38,812 bases of DNA from a virus (IMGVR_UViG_3300011335_000266:1-38812); one strand, 5' to 3'; counted from the first letter of the stretch, positions 26,116 to 34,392 are shown. The notes: generated by a model not told the origin, from the letters alone. Program-made: numbers and translations.

Positions 26116-26131
26116 CAACGAAAGGTAACAA

Positions 26132-27394
26132 ATGTTAGAAGAACGTAAGGTACAGAAGGCGAAGATTACATTGATGCGTGACCCGAGGTTTGCCCTTTGG
26201 TCTGGCATCTTGATGGTTGGGCGTACGAGTGTAGTGGATAACATCCCAACTGCATGCACCAATGGGCGTGACGAGAAGTATGGTCGCAAGTTCGTGGCAG
26301 GGTTGAAAGAACCCGAGTTGAATTTCGTGGTACTCCATGAGAATCTGCACAAGGCTTTCCGTCACCTGACTACATGGCGTAAGTTGCACGATGAGAATCA
26401 CCGGCTGGCAAATGCGGCTTGTGACTACGTGATTAACCTCAAGCTCAAAGACCTCGATCCTAGCGAGCGTGTCATTGCGATGCCACGTTGGGCAGATGGT
26501 GAGTTGAAGGGTAAGCCGATGGGCTTGATTGACGAGAAGTATCGTGGACTCAATGCCAAGCAAGTGTTCGACCTACTCAAAGAGGAGCAGAAGGGCGGAG
26601 GCGGCGGGAGTGGTGACGATGAAGGCGACGGCTCAGGTAAGGGTTCCGGTGGTACAGGTACGAGCCAAGGTCAAGGTCAGGGTGGGTTCGATGACCATGA
26701 TTGGGATGGTGCGAAAGAGATGACCGAGGAGGAGAAGAAGGTTCTCGAGCGTGAGATCGATCAGGCTATTCGCCAAGGAGTAATGGCGCATCAGAAGATA
26801 GCGGGAACTGGTGGTGGTGATCTCGATCGGGATTTGCTTGAGTTGCTCGAACCCAAGGTTGACTGGCGTGAAATGTTGCGTGAGTTCGTGAAGTCTACGT
26901 GTAGCGCAAAAGATACATCGTCATGGCGTAGGGTGAATCGTAGGTTCTTGTCTATGGGTACGTACATGCCTAGCTTAATCGGTGAGAAGGTTGGTCACAT
27001 GGTTATTGCCGTAGACACATCGGGTTCGGTTGGGCAAGAAGAGTTGTCGGGCTTCCTAACAGAAGTTAAGGGTATCGCAGAAGAAGTTAAGCCGAGCCAA
27101 GTGGACTTGATCTATTGGGATAGCCGAGTAGCCGGACACGAGGAGTACACCGAGAGCATGGTGGGCGACATTATCAATTCCACTAAGCCTAGAGGTGGTG
27201 GGGGTACGTCACCCTCTTGTGTATCAGAGTATCTGAAAGAGAAACGTATCGTGCCTGAGTGCGTCATCATGCTCACCGATGGGTATGTTGGTAGCGATTG
27301 GGGCAGGGATTGGACTGCGCCTGTACTGTGGGCGATCGTAGGAGGAAACGATTGTGTTGCAGACAACGGCAAAACGATTCTTGTCAAGGATTAA
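26132..27394 (+). CDS. Putative metallopeptidase-VWA protein (DUF2201-like)
   Basis: HENLH (HExxH), Gly-rich linker, MIDAS DTSGS, GGGT and LTDG. Confidence 0.85.
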   Translation: MLEERKVQKAKITLMRDPRFALWSGILMVGRTSVVDNIPTACTNGRDEKYGRKFVAGLKEPELNFVVLHENLHKAFRHLTTWRKLHDENHRLANAACDYVINLKLKDLDPSERVIAMPRWADGELKGKPMGLIDEKYRGLNAKQVFDLLKEEQKGGGGGSGDDEGDGSGKGSGGTGTSQGQGQGGFDDHDWDGAKEMTEEEKKVLEREIDQAIRQGVMAHQKIAGTGGGDLDRDLLELLEPKVDWREMLREFVKSTCSAKDTSSWRRVNRRFLSMGTYMPSLIGEKVGHMVIAVDTSGSVGQEELSGFLTEVKGIAEEVKPSQVDLIYWDSRVAGHEEYTESMVGDIINSTKPRGGGGTSPSCVSEYLKEKRIVPECVIMLTDGYVGSDWGRDWTAPVLWAIVGGNDCVADNGKTILVKD

Positions 27395-27431
27395 ATTGTG
27401 GTGGTTCATAACAAATGTTAGGAGGTATCAG

Positions 27432-27683
27432 ATGGTAGTAGTCGATATAGGTTATCGCAAGCTCGTGATGACCAAAGAGAAAGCAATGGCGTTGGTCGAG
27501 TGCTTAGAGAGTGCCGACGTATACGAAGAGAAGTGGTGGAGTGATGACGTGCGCAAAGAGAAAGGAATGGATAGCACTTACACCTACCACGTGTATCCGA
27601 ATGAAGCCCACTTCAGCATGAGGATTGTTAGCGATTCACATTTTCAAATGGCTAGATTAGCCGGTAAACCACAGGAGAAATGA
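27432..27683 (+). CDS. Hypothetical protein
   Basis: AGGAGG RBS overlapping palindrome end; start reassigned to ATG at 27432. Confidence 0.7.
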   Translation: MVVVDIGYRKLVMTKEKAMALVECLESADVYEEKWWSDDVRKEKGMDSTYTYHVYPNEAHFSMRIVSDSHFQMARLAGKPQEK

Positions 27684-27684
27684 A

Positions 27685-28533
27685 ATGAGTATTAGTGCAT
27701 CAGCAGTATTAGTAGAGTTGAACATCAGCGTATGGCCTGCCGCAAAGATTGATCGTGAAATCACGAGCCAAGTCAATGCAAGCGCATCAGCACACAAAGA
27801 TGCGTCACAGACCAAGAAGAATCTGTTTGCGGGTACAAGCCTACGAGCAGACATTGAGAAGTTTGCGGCCCGAGTACGACTCTATAACAACCAACACACC
27901 TTACCTTGGGCAGACAAGGGTGAGCGCATGTTGCCGACCAAGTTGTTCATGGACTACAAGCAGACCATGAATGGATACGAGCGTACGTTCAACATGTTGT
28001 GCGATAACTTCTTTGACGAGTACGAGAGGTTAGTTGAGGAAGCGAAGATCAACTTGGGTTCTATGTACAAGGCAGAGGACTACCCCGACCTAACAGAAGT
28101 TAGGACTAAGTTCAGCTTTAGACGTAGCGTGAAGCCTTTGCCCGAGGCTGGTGACTTTCGCTTGGACATTCCCGCGCATGACTTAGAGGAAATGAGGTCA
28201 GCGTATGAAGTTCAGTATTCGGAGAAGCTGGCCGAAGCGATGCGTACACCATGGGAGCGCCTGCACGAAGTTCTCTTGGGTATGTCCAAGAAGTTGGAAG
28301 GCTCGGGTAACGAGAAGAAGCGGTATCACGACTCATTGATCTCTAACCCATTGGAGTTGTGTGAGCTATTGACAAAACTAAATATCACTAACGACCCCAA
28401 GTTAGAGGATGCACGTAGGCAAGTAGAACTAGCCATGCTCGGAGCTGACATTGAGGAAGTCAAGGATAGCCCGTTGGTTCGTGAGAATCTAAAGTCCAAG
28501 GTGGATGCGATCTTGGGTAAGTTTGAGTGGTAA
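27685..28533 (+). CDS. Conserved helical phage protein (DUF3150-like)
   Basis: AVLVELNISVW..KKNLF..TLPW..DYP..LNITNDP; family from memory. Confidence 0.6.
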   Translation: MSISASAVLVELNISVWPAAKIDREITSQVNASASAHKDASQTKKNLFAGTSLRADIEKFAARVRLYNNQHTLPWADKGERMLPTKLFMDYKQTMNGYERTFNMLCDNFFDEYERLVEEAKINLGSMYKAEDYPDLTEVRTKFSFRRSVKPLPEAGDFRLDIPAHDLEEMRSAYEVQYSEKLAEAMRTPWERLHEVLLGMSKKLEGSGNEKKRYHDSLISNPLELCELLTKLNITNDPKLEDARRQVELAMLGADIEEVKDSPLVRENLKSKVDAILGKFEW

Positions 28534-28555
28534 TTTATAACATTTGTTAGGAGTA

Positions 28556-29455
28556 ATGGACATGAGTATGAATACATTGAGTTTGAGCAACGTAGTTGTA
28601 GGTGAAGACTTGCAGAAGTCTATGGACAAGGAAGGGTTGAAGTTGTCGGGCGTGTATGGGATGCTTGACCCTGTGATTAGCCGACTGGCTTCATTGAATC
28701 CACTGTGGACTTTCGTTATCAATAGCAGTACGCATAGTATGGGCAGTAGCCGAGTGGCATCGGGCTTTATGGTTAAGCTAGATGGTGAAGAGCTAGGGTC
28801 TATTGGCTTGTCGTATATGGGTCAACGCGGGAAGGTTATCGCTATCTGTAACGATCGTATTGGTAAGGGCAGACAACGATCGGACTCATATCGCACTGTG
28901 GATGCAGACAAAGCTATCCTCATGGCGAAGAAGATGTTTGGCAAGATGAACCCCTCCGAGCGTATCAGTAAGGCTAAGGATGCGGCAGAACGTGTAGTGT
29001 CACGAGCGCACTGGAACAAAGAGCGTGAGCGTACTCAACACCAAGCCAATGTCAAGAATGAGATGTTGGTGTGGGCTGAGACTAAGGGTCATGCTATGTT
29101 TTTGGAATACCTAAAAGCAGAAGCGATACCCTCGCTCAAGCACAAAGTTACTACCTCTATGGAGAAGGTAGAGTTACTCGATACCGAGATGAAGACTATC
29201 GAGAAAGTGCAAGAAGACTTTAGTAATAATAAGACTGCGCTAGTAGTCAAAGACTTGGGTAAGTACCTAGTAAAAATAGGTGACAACGTAGAGCTATACG
29301 ATGATAATACGCTCCCTTTGGATATGCGTATGAAGATGGGTATGCTTAAACTTGTGGAAGATGAGCAGTATCTCACCGATGTAGGTTGCAAGGTAACGCA
29401 TGAGATATTTGTTTTGTTGGTCGATGAGCTAACAAATGTTAGCGAAGGAGTATGA
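28556..29455 (+). CDS. Hypothetical protein
   Basis: AGGAG RBS overlapping palindrome; about 300 aa; ends ELTNVSEGV across another copy. Confidence 0.75.
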   Translation: MDMSMNTLSLSNVVVGEDLQKSMDKEGLKLSGVYGMLDPVISRLASLNPLWTFVINSSTHSMGSSRVASGFMVKLDGEELGSIGLSYMGQRGKVIAICNDRIGKGRQRSDSYRTVDADKAILMAKKMFGKMNPSERISKAKDAAERVVSRAHWNKERERTQHQANVKNEMLVWAETKGHAMFLEYLKAEAIPSLKHKVTTSMEKVELLDTEMKTIEKVQEDFSNNKTALVVKDLGKYLVKIGDNVELYDDNTLPLDMRMKMGMLKLVEDEQYLTDVGCKVTHEIFVLLVDELTNVSEGV

Positions 29456-29624
29456 GATGAAAGAAGAGATTAGATACAGTTCAAAGGCTATACCCCTACG
29501 GGGGTGTAATCACCCCAAGTTCAAGTGGATAGATGCGGCACACACTGACATACGTAGAACTTTTCGTAAGGCTCGCTTGCTTATCCGTATCACCAAGGGA
29601 GCAGCGTATGAAAGCCGTACTTGA
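29436..29624 (+). CDS. Small basic protein
   Basis: AAHTDIRRTF motif; start either 29436 (in palindrome) or 29457 (behind AAGGAG). Confidence 0.65.
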   Translation: MLAKEYEMKEEIRYSSKAIPLRGCNHPKFKWIDAAHTDIRRTFRKARLLIRITKGAAYESRT

Positions 29625-29787
29625 GTTCACGTATCCACAAGATGAGACAAAGCTCAGGCATGCGCTCAAGGGTGAGGAGTATTACCTAGCGTTGATTGAG
29701 GTAGACCGAGTGTTCAACATAGGCGGGCATCCCGAACAAATGTTAGACAGGATTGCAGACTTAGTTCAGAAAGGATTAGAAGAATGA
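29608..29787 (+). CDS. Hypothetical protein
   Basis: MKAVLEFTYP start at ATG 29608 behind GGGAG. Confidence 0.7.
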   Translation: MKAVLEFTYPQDETKLRHALKGEEYYLALIEVDRVFNIGGHPEQMLDRIADLVQKGLEE

Positions 29788-30059
29788 GTATTAAAAGATG
29801 GATTAGAAATTGGTTGCACAGTGATGGCATTGCGTTGGGTAGGACTGAAACTAACTTAGTAGAAGACTCACACGAACATGGCGCACAAATTTATATCAAC
29901 GAAGCAATCAATGGGAGAGTGTTGACCATACGCACGCACAGACCAAACAATGCTCAATACGCAAACAACTGGACTAGCGAGTTGTATGTACTCAAAGATG
30001 GCGAGTCATTGACCGAAGCATTGACGATGTTGTTAACGCTGAAAGGAATCGACAAGTGA
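29784..30059 (+). CDS. Hypothetical protein
   Basis: 91 aa; ATGA coupling; AINGRVL motif. Confidence 0.7.
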   Translation: MSIKRWIRNWLHSDGIALGRTETNLVEDSHEHGAQIYINEAINGRVLTIRTHRPNNAQYANNWTSELYVLKDGESLTEALTMLLTLKGIDK

Positions 30060-30247
30060 ATGGGTTTGTAAACCGACAACTTCAACTTGGAAGTAAGCAA
30101 CCCATACACAAGTTTAAGCTATGCAACAAATGCGAAGAGCTGAAGCCCCCCGAGGGGGGAGTCGAATTGTCCCCACACAGATGGTCATGTGCTAGATGTT
30201 GGGCTAACAGAGTAATTGCAAGGAACTTATTAAATGCCAAGACCTAA
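30056..30247 (+). CDS. Small zinc-finger protein
   Basis: CNKC...CARC; GTGA coupling. Confidence 0.65.
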   Translation: MNGFVNRQLQLGSKQPIHKFKLCNKCEELKPPEGGVELSPHRWSCARCWANRVIARNLLNAKT

Positions 30248-30410
30248 ACCGCCTGAGAAACTAATAGGTAGACAAGTACGAATGTCAGATAGACATTGGT
30301 TAATACTGCAACAGCTAGGTGGTGCGCAATGGCTACGTGAGCTATTGGATAAGAAAGCGCCGATGCCTAAGAAATATTACGAGGGATTAATAAATGACAA
30401 CAGGAATTGA
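30234..30410 (+). CDS. Small ribbon-helix-helix-like DNA-binding protein (58 aa)
   Basis: Missing from ORF track; MPRPKPPEKLIGRQVRMSDRHWLILQQLGGAQWLRELLD...; AAGGA RBS. Confidence 0.6.
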   Translation: MPRPKPPEKLIGRQVRMSDRHWLILQQLGGAQWLRELLDKKAPMPKKYYEGLINDNRN

Positions 30411-30600
30411 ATATCTGAAACCGGAACAACAAAAGAAAGGGCGGGGGCTTGGTAAGAAACCCGCACTATTCTGTACGAGCTTGCGTCTACCAAAGGATGT
30501 GATGGATTACTTCAACACAAACTTTGCGTATACAAAGCAAGCCAAGATGAGAGAAGTTCTTACCGAGTACGTTAACAACCAAACAGGAAATAAATCATGA
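30394..30600 (+). CDS. Ribbon-helix-helix protein (BrnA-antitoxin-like)
   Basis: TSLRLPKDVMDYF..QAKMREVL pattern. Confidence 0.6.
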   Translation: MTTGIEYLKPEQQKKGRGLGKKPALFCTSLRLPKDVMDYFNTNFAYTKQAKMREVLTEYVNNQTGNKS

Positions 30601-31073
30601 TCGAATTAGCAACAACAACAGAGCAACCCAAGATGACCAAGTCAGCGCAAATCCGTAACTACGTTGCGAAACACCCAAAGGCTAAGTCATCAGACGTAGC
30701 CAAGGCGATAGGCGTAACCACTGCGTATGTAGCCACAGTAATGTGGACTGCGAAGAAGAAAGCCAAGGTAGCGAAGAAGGCGAAGCTCACATTGCCTAAA
30801 CCTAATTGGAATAGCATCGGTGTATTTAGCTCGGATAAATCCATAGCCCAACAAATCAAAATGTTTGAGCCAAAAGCCGACCCGGTCAACAACCCTGCTC
30901 ATTACACAGTAGGTGGAATCGAGACGATCGACTTCATCGAAGCGAAGAAGCTCGGCTACAACCTTGGCAATGTAGTGAAGTATCTGACTCGTGCCGACCA
31001 CAAAGGCAACAAGATGGAAGACTTGCGTAAAGCGCAATGGTATCTGACACGTGAGATCAATTCACTCAAGTGA
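30597..31073 (+). CDS. HTH-like N-terminus fused to DUF3310 (SaV-like) domain
   Basis: SSDVAKAIGVTTAYV helix-turn-helix; DPVNNPAHY..GNVVKY..EDLRKAQWYL. Confidence 0.75.
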   Translation: MIELATTTEQPKMTKSAQIRNYVAKHPKAKSSDVAKAIGVTTAYVATVMWTAKKKAKVAKKAKLTLPKPNWNSIGVFSSDKSIAQQIKMFEPKADPVNNPAHYTVGGIETIDFIEAKKLGYNLGNVVKYLTRADHKGNKMEDLRKAQWYLTREINSLK

Positions 31074-31100
31074 CGTCTAACAAATGTTAGGGTAACCACT

Positions 31101-31123
31101 AGCCACCTTCGGGTGGCTTTTTT
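31101..31123 (+). terminator. Intrinsic terminator closing the early region
   Basis: AGCCACC-TTCG-GGTGGCT-TTTTT. Confidence 0.88.
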
Positions 31124-31135
31124 ACGTCTGTACTA

Positions 31136-31163
31136 TTGACAAAGTAAAAAGTTATGATACTAT
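31136..31163 (+). promoter_or_regulatory. Promoter for the replication block
   Basis: TTGACA-16 nt-TACTAT. Confidence 0.65.
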
Positions 31164-31193
31164 CAAGACTTGAAAATCTTTTTGGAGTATCAG

Positions 31194-31532
31194 ATGAGCG
31201 AACGAATAGACAACGCACTTGCCCTTGCTGACAAGTGTTGGTCAAAGGCAAACAGAGTAAGCCCCGAGTTTGTCGAACGCTACTTAGAGCTAGCCGAAGA
31301 GTTGCTAGTATCTAAACCAGTTGTTCTTGGCGATGAGTTCCGAGAGTACTGCGGCAAGAAACTTTTATTCCGACCCAAAGAACTGCACCCTAACGTATGG
31401 GTATCAGGCGTACGCACTCTGAGTACGCTCGGATGGATTGCCCACAATGGTTACACGACACCGACCAAGTCGCACAACCACATGCCCTCGGTCTCAGTAT
31501 GGAAGAGCATGATCTATGGCAACGACACCTGA
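31194..31532 (+). CDS. Hypothetical protein
   Basis: GGAG RBS, ATG at 31194. Confidence 0.7.
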   Translation: MSERIDNALALADKCWSKANRVSPEFVERYLELAEELLVSKPVVLGDEFREYCGKKLLFRPKELHPNVWVSGVRTLSTLGWIAHNGYTTPTKSHNHMPSVSVWKSMIYGNDT

Positions 31533-31821
31533 AGCAAAAGTTAAAGCCAAGATCAAGGCAATCCTCAAATCATATAGAGCCTACTACGCTATGCCTATCG
31601 GTACTGGATACGGCAACAGTGGCGTCCCCGACTTTTTAGTTTGTCTCAACGGAGAGTTCTTGGCTATCGAAGCCAAGGCTGGCAGGGGCGTGCCGACTGC
31701 GTTACAAGAAAAAAACATGCGTGAGATCAAAGAAGCAGGGGGCAGGGTTTTGGTCATCAACGAAGAGAGCCTTGAGTTAAACATACTTGAGCACGTACTG
31801 GACAACATGCTATGCCTATAA
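31516..31821 (+). CDS. VRR-NUC / Holliday-junction-resolvase-like nuclease
   Basis: TPE..GVPDF..IEAKA..TALQ. Confidence 0.85.
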   Translation: MATTPEAKVKAKIKAILKSYRAYYAMPIGTGYGNSGVPDFLVCLNGEFLAIEAKAGRGVPTALQEKNMREIKEAGGRVLVINEESLELNILEHVLDNMLCL

Positions 31822-32057
31822 GCCGACAACAACTAGTCAACGAACTACTGCCCGCGCTAGATAAGTTATTCGGACAAACGTATGCAGAACTTAATCGCAC
31901 CGAGTACCACATGAAAAGAAGGTACGGCAAATGCACCATATACCGATGGGACTTTGTTCAAGGCAAGCGAACAAGCACAACCCTAGCCAAAGGCTTAGAC
32001 CTAGAGACAGCCACAGGCATGATGAAGTTATTGAAGGAACCAAATGAAACTGATTGA
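31812..32057 (+). CDS. Small protein with a major-capsid-like N-terminus
   Basis: MPISRQQLVNELLPALDKLFGQTYA versus capsid MAISRAQLLKELLPGLNALFGMEYA. Confidence 0.7.
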   Translation: MPISRQQLVNELLPALDKLFGQTYAELNRTEYHMKRRYGKCTIYRWDFVQGKRTSTTLAKGLDLETATGMMKLLKEPNETD

Positions 32058-32481
32058 TAAATTTTTAATCAAGCGTTGTTCTACCGAAGTACAGGTAATG
32101 CTCACACGCATGAAGGAACGCCCCGAAGACTTTGACTACGGCACAGGTTGGAAGAAGCTCGTTGAGGTTGCCGACAATGAACGTAGCCCATACACAAAGG
32201 TCGAGCGCAAGTTGATACGCAAGTACTGGAAAGAATGTCAGTTGCAGCGAGATCGTAAAAAGTTGCTCGCTCAGATCATGCAACAGACAATCAACCCAAC
32301 TACTCGAGAAGACATAGAGGATGGAGTAATTTCTAAAGCCTATTCTCAAAACCTAGCGCGGTCAATGATGAACAGTCAGCAAGTACTACAGGGTGGGATT
32401 CTTTCAGGGTATAGAGGCGACCCACGCCACGATGTTTACCAAGACTCAAAGGTCTACGCCACACAAGGCAGAATAGTATGA
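32044..32481 (+). CDS. Hypothetical protein
   Basis: 145 aa, AAGGA RBS. Confidence 0.7.
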   Translation: MKLIDKFLIKRCSTEVQVMLTRMKERPEDFDYGTGWKKLVEVADNERSPYTKVERKLIRKYWKECQLQRDRKKLLAQIMQQTINPTTREDIEDGVISKAYSQNLARSMMNSQQVLQGGILSGYRGDPRHDVYQDSKVYATQGRIV

Positions 32482-34295
32482 ACATACTAACAATCGACTT
32501 CGAGACATATTATTCTCGTGAGTTCAGCCTAACAAAAGTTACCACTGAGGAATACATTCGTAGCCCTGAGTTCGAAACTATTGGCGTAGCCGTACAGGTC
32601 AATGATGGTGAGCCCGAGTGGTTTAGCGGGGATGCGGAGAGCATGCACCAGTTCCTCAGTCGATACGATTGGGCTAACAGTTTGGCGCTTGCGCACAACG
32701 CCCCGTTTGACGGAGCGATTTTGAAGTGGGTCTACGGACTCAGCCCCAAAGGTTGGCTTGATACTTTATCCATGGGTAGAGCCTTGCATGGTACTAACGT
32801 AGGCGGTAGCTTGGCGGTGCTGTCAAACTTCTACGGGCTTGGCGAGAAAGGCACAGAGGTTGGAAATGCACTAGGTATGCGGCGTCAGGACTTCAGCCCT
32901 GAACAGTTAGCCTCGTATGGCGACTACTGCAAGAACGACGTTACCCTTACGTGGAAATTGTTTAACGCAATGTCCGCTGGCTTCCCACCTATTGAGTTGC
33001 GCCTGATTGATTTGACTGTGCGCATGTTCACCGACCCTGTGTTGCAGTTAGATAGAGAGCTTATCAAAGACCATTTGCTTAGTGAGAAGCAACGCAAGGA
33101 AGACCTACTCGAGAACTTCGACAAAGAAGATTTGATGAGCAACGTAAAGTTTGCCATTATCTTGGAAGGCTATGGCGTAGTACCACCGATGAAAGTCAGC
33201 CCCGCAACAGGCAAGCAGACTTATGCGTTTTCTAAAACAGACGAAGAGTTCAAGGCTTTGCTTGAGCATCCAAACCCACAGGTTCAAACTTTAGTGGCAG
33301 CGAGATTGGGTACTAAGTCTACGATAGAAGAGACAAGGACAGCTAGGTTTCTTGGTATTGCCGAGCGCGGCTCATTGCCTGTACCCCTACGCTACTATGC
33401 GGCACACACAGGTCGATGGGGCGGTGACGACAAATTAAATCTGCAAAACCTACAACGCAACTCACCTCTGAAGCATGCAATCATTCCCCCGGACGGATAC
33501 ATGATGATTGATTCAGACTCATCACAAATTGAAGCCCGTACGCTCGCATGGCTTGCGGAACAAGACGACTTAGTTGACGCATTTGATCGGGGCGAAGATG
33601 TATACAAAATCATGGCAACGGCTATTTATGGCAAGAAAATTTCGGAGATTACAAAGGACGAAAGGTTTGTTGGCAAGACCACTATCCTTGGGTGCGGGTA
33701 CGGGATGGGCGCGGCAAAATTCCAAGCGCAACTTAAGAACTTCAATGTCACGATCGAATTGGATGAAGCGAAACGGATTATTGACACATATCGAACTACG
33801 TATCCAAAGATTACTGAACTATGGAAATCTGCGGCGTCAGCCCTCAAAGCCGTACTTCAGAATCAGCAGACAACGTTGGGCCGAGGCGGTATTCTGAAGA
33901 TCGAAGGCAGTGACGGCATCCTGTTACCTAATACGCTTTACCTACGCTACCCCAACCTACGCCTGATAGAGAATGGGGAAGGGAAGTCCGAGCTGGTGTA
34001 CGACACCAAGAAAGGCAAGGCAGTTATACCGACACGTATCTATGGCGGTAAGGTAATTGAGAACGTGTGCCAAGCGTTAGCCCGTATCGTGATTGGTGAG
34101 CAGATGCTCATGGTTGCAAAGAAGTACCGAGTCGTGATGACTGTGCATGACGCCATCGCCTGTATCGTGCCGACTGCGCAAGTTGATACAGCCAAGGAGT
34201 ACGTTGAGATGTGTATGCGTACACGCCCAGACTGGGGCATGGAGTTACCACTTAACTGCGAAGCAGGAGCAGGAGCAAGTTATGGCGACTGTTAA
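32478..34295 (+). CDS. Family A DNA polymerase with 3'-5' exonuclease domain
   Basis: ExoI DFET, ExoII HNAPFD, ExoIII YCKND; motif A DSSQIEAR, motif B RFVGKTTILGCGYG, motif C VHD. Confidence 0.93.
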   Translation: MNILTIDFETYYSREFSLTKVTTEEYIRSPEFETIGVAVQVNDGEPEWFSGDAESMHQFLSRYDWANSLALAHNAPFDGAILKWVYGLSPKGWLDTLSMGRALHGTNVGGSLAVLSNFYGLGEKGTEVGNALGMRRQDFSPEQLASYGDYCKNDVTLTWKLFNAMSAGFPPIELRLIDLTVRMFTDPVLQLDRELIKDHLLSEKQRKEDLLENFDKEDLMSNVKFAIILEGYGVVPPMKVSPATGKQTYAFSKTDEEFKALLEHPNPQVQTLVAARLGTKSTIEETRTARFLGIAERGSLPVPLRYYAAHTGRWGGDDKLNLQNLQRNSPLKHAIIPPDGYMMIDSDSSQIEARTLAWLAEQDDLVDAFDRGEDVYKIMATAIYGKKISEITKDERFVGKTTILGCGYGMGAAKFQAQLKNFNVTIELDEAKRIIDTYRTTYPKITELWKSAASALKAVLQNQQTTLGRGGILKIEGSDGILLPNTLYLRYPNLRLIENGEGKSELVYDTKKGKAVIPTRIYGGKVIENVCQALARIVIGEQMLMVAKKYRVVMTVHDAIACIVPTAQVDTAKEYVEMCMRTRPDWGMELPLNCEAGAGASYGDC

Positions 34296-34392
34296 TTCTG
34301 TATGGCCTTTCCCGCCATTCCCAAACCCCAAGGACAAGGGCAACCGAGTCCCTAAGTTCAACCCTGATAACCATGAGGATGCACCTGTATGA
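34282..34392 (+). CDS. Small Pro-rich protein (36 aa)
   Basis: AGGAG RBS, ATG at 34282; WPFPPFP motif. Confidence 0.55.
   Translation: MATVNSVWPFPPFPNPKDKGNRVPKFNPDNHEDAPV

Larger units (their letters stand above)
20192..31090. repeat. Dispersed 14-bp palindrome CTAACAWWTGTTAG, about 21 copies
   Basis: Exact at 20921, 21421, 22144, 23247, 24123, 24412, 25523, 29429, 31077; variants at 20192, 21474, 21581, 21688, 22340, 22646, 22918, 23921, 26125, 27408, 28537, 29733. Confidence 0.95.

Noticed and set aside
30123-30136. GCAACAAATGCGAA as another palindrome copy
   Set aside because: Too many mismatches and explained by CNKC codons
30394-30600. BrnT-BrnA toxin-antitoxin pair
   Set aside because: No BrnT-like toxin adjacent; only the RHH fold is supported
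20192-31090. Palindrome series or 26-bp repeats as a CRISPR array
   Set aside because: Irregular spacing with whole genes between copies, repeat only 14 bp; the 26-mer has just two copies; no cas operon
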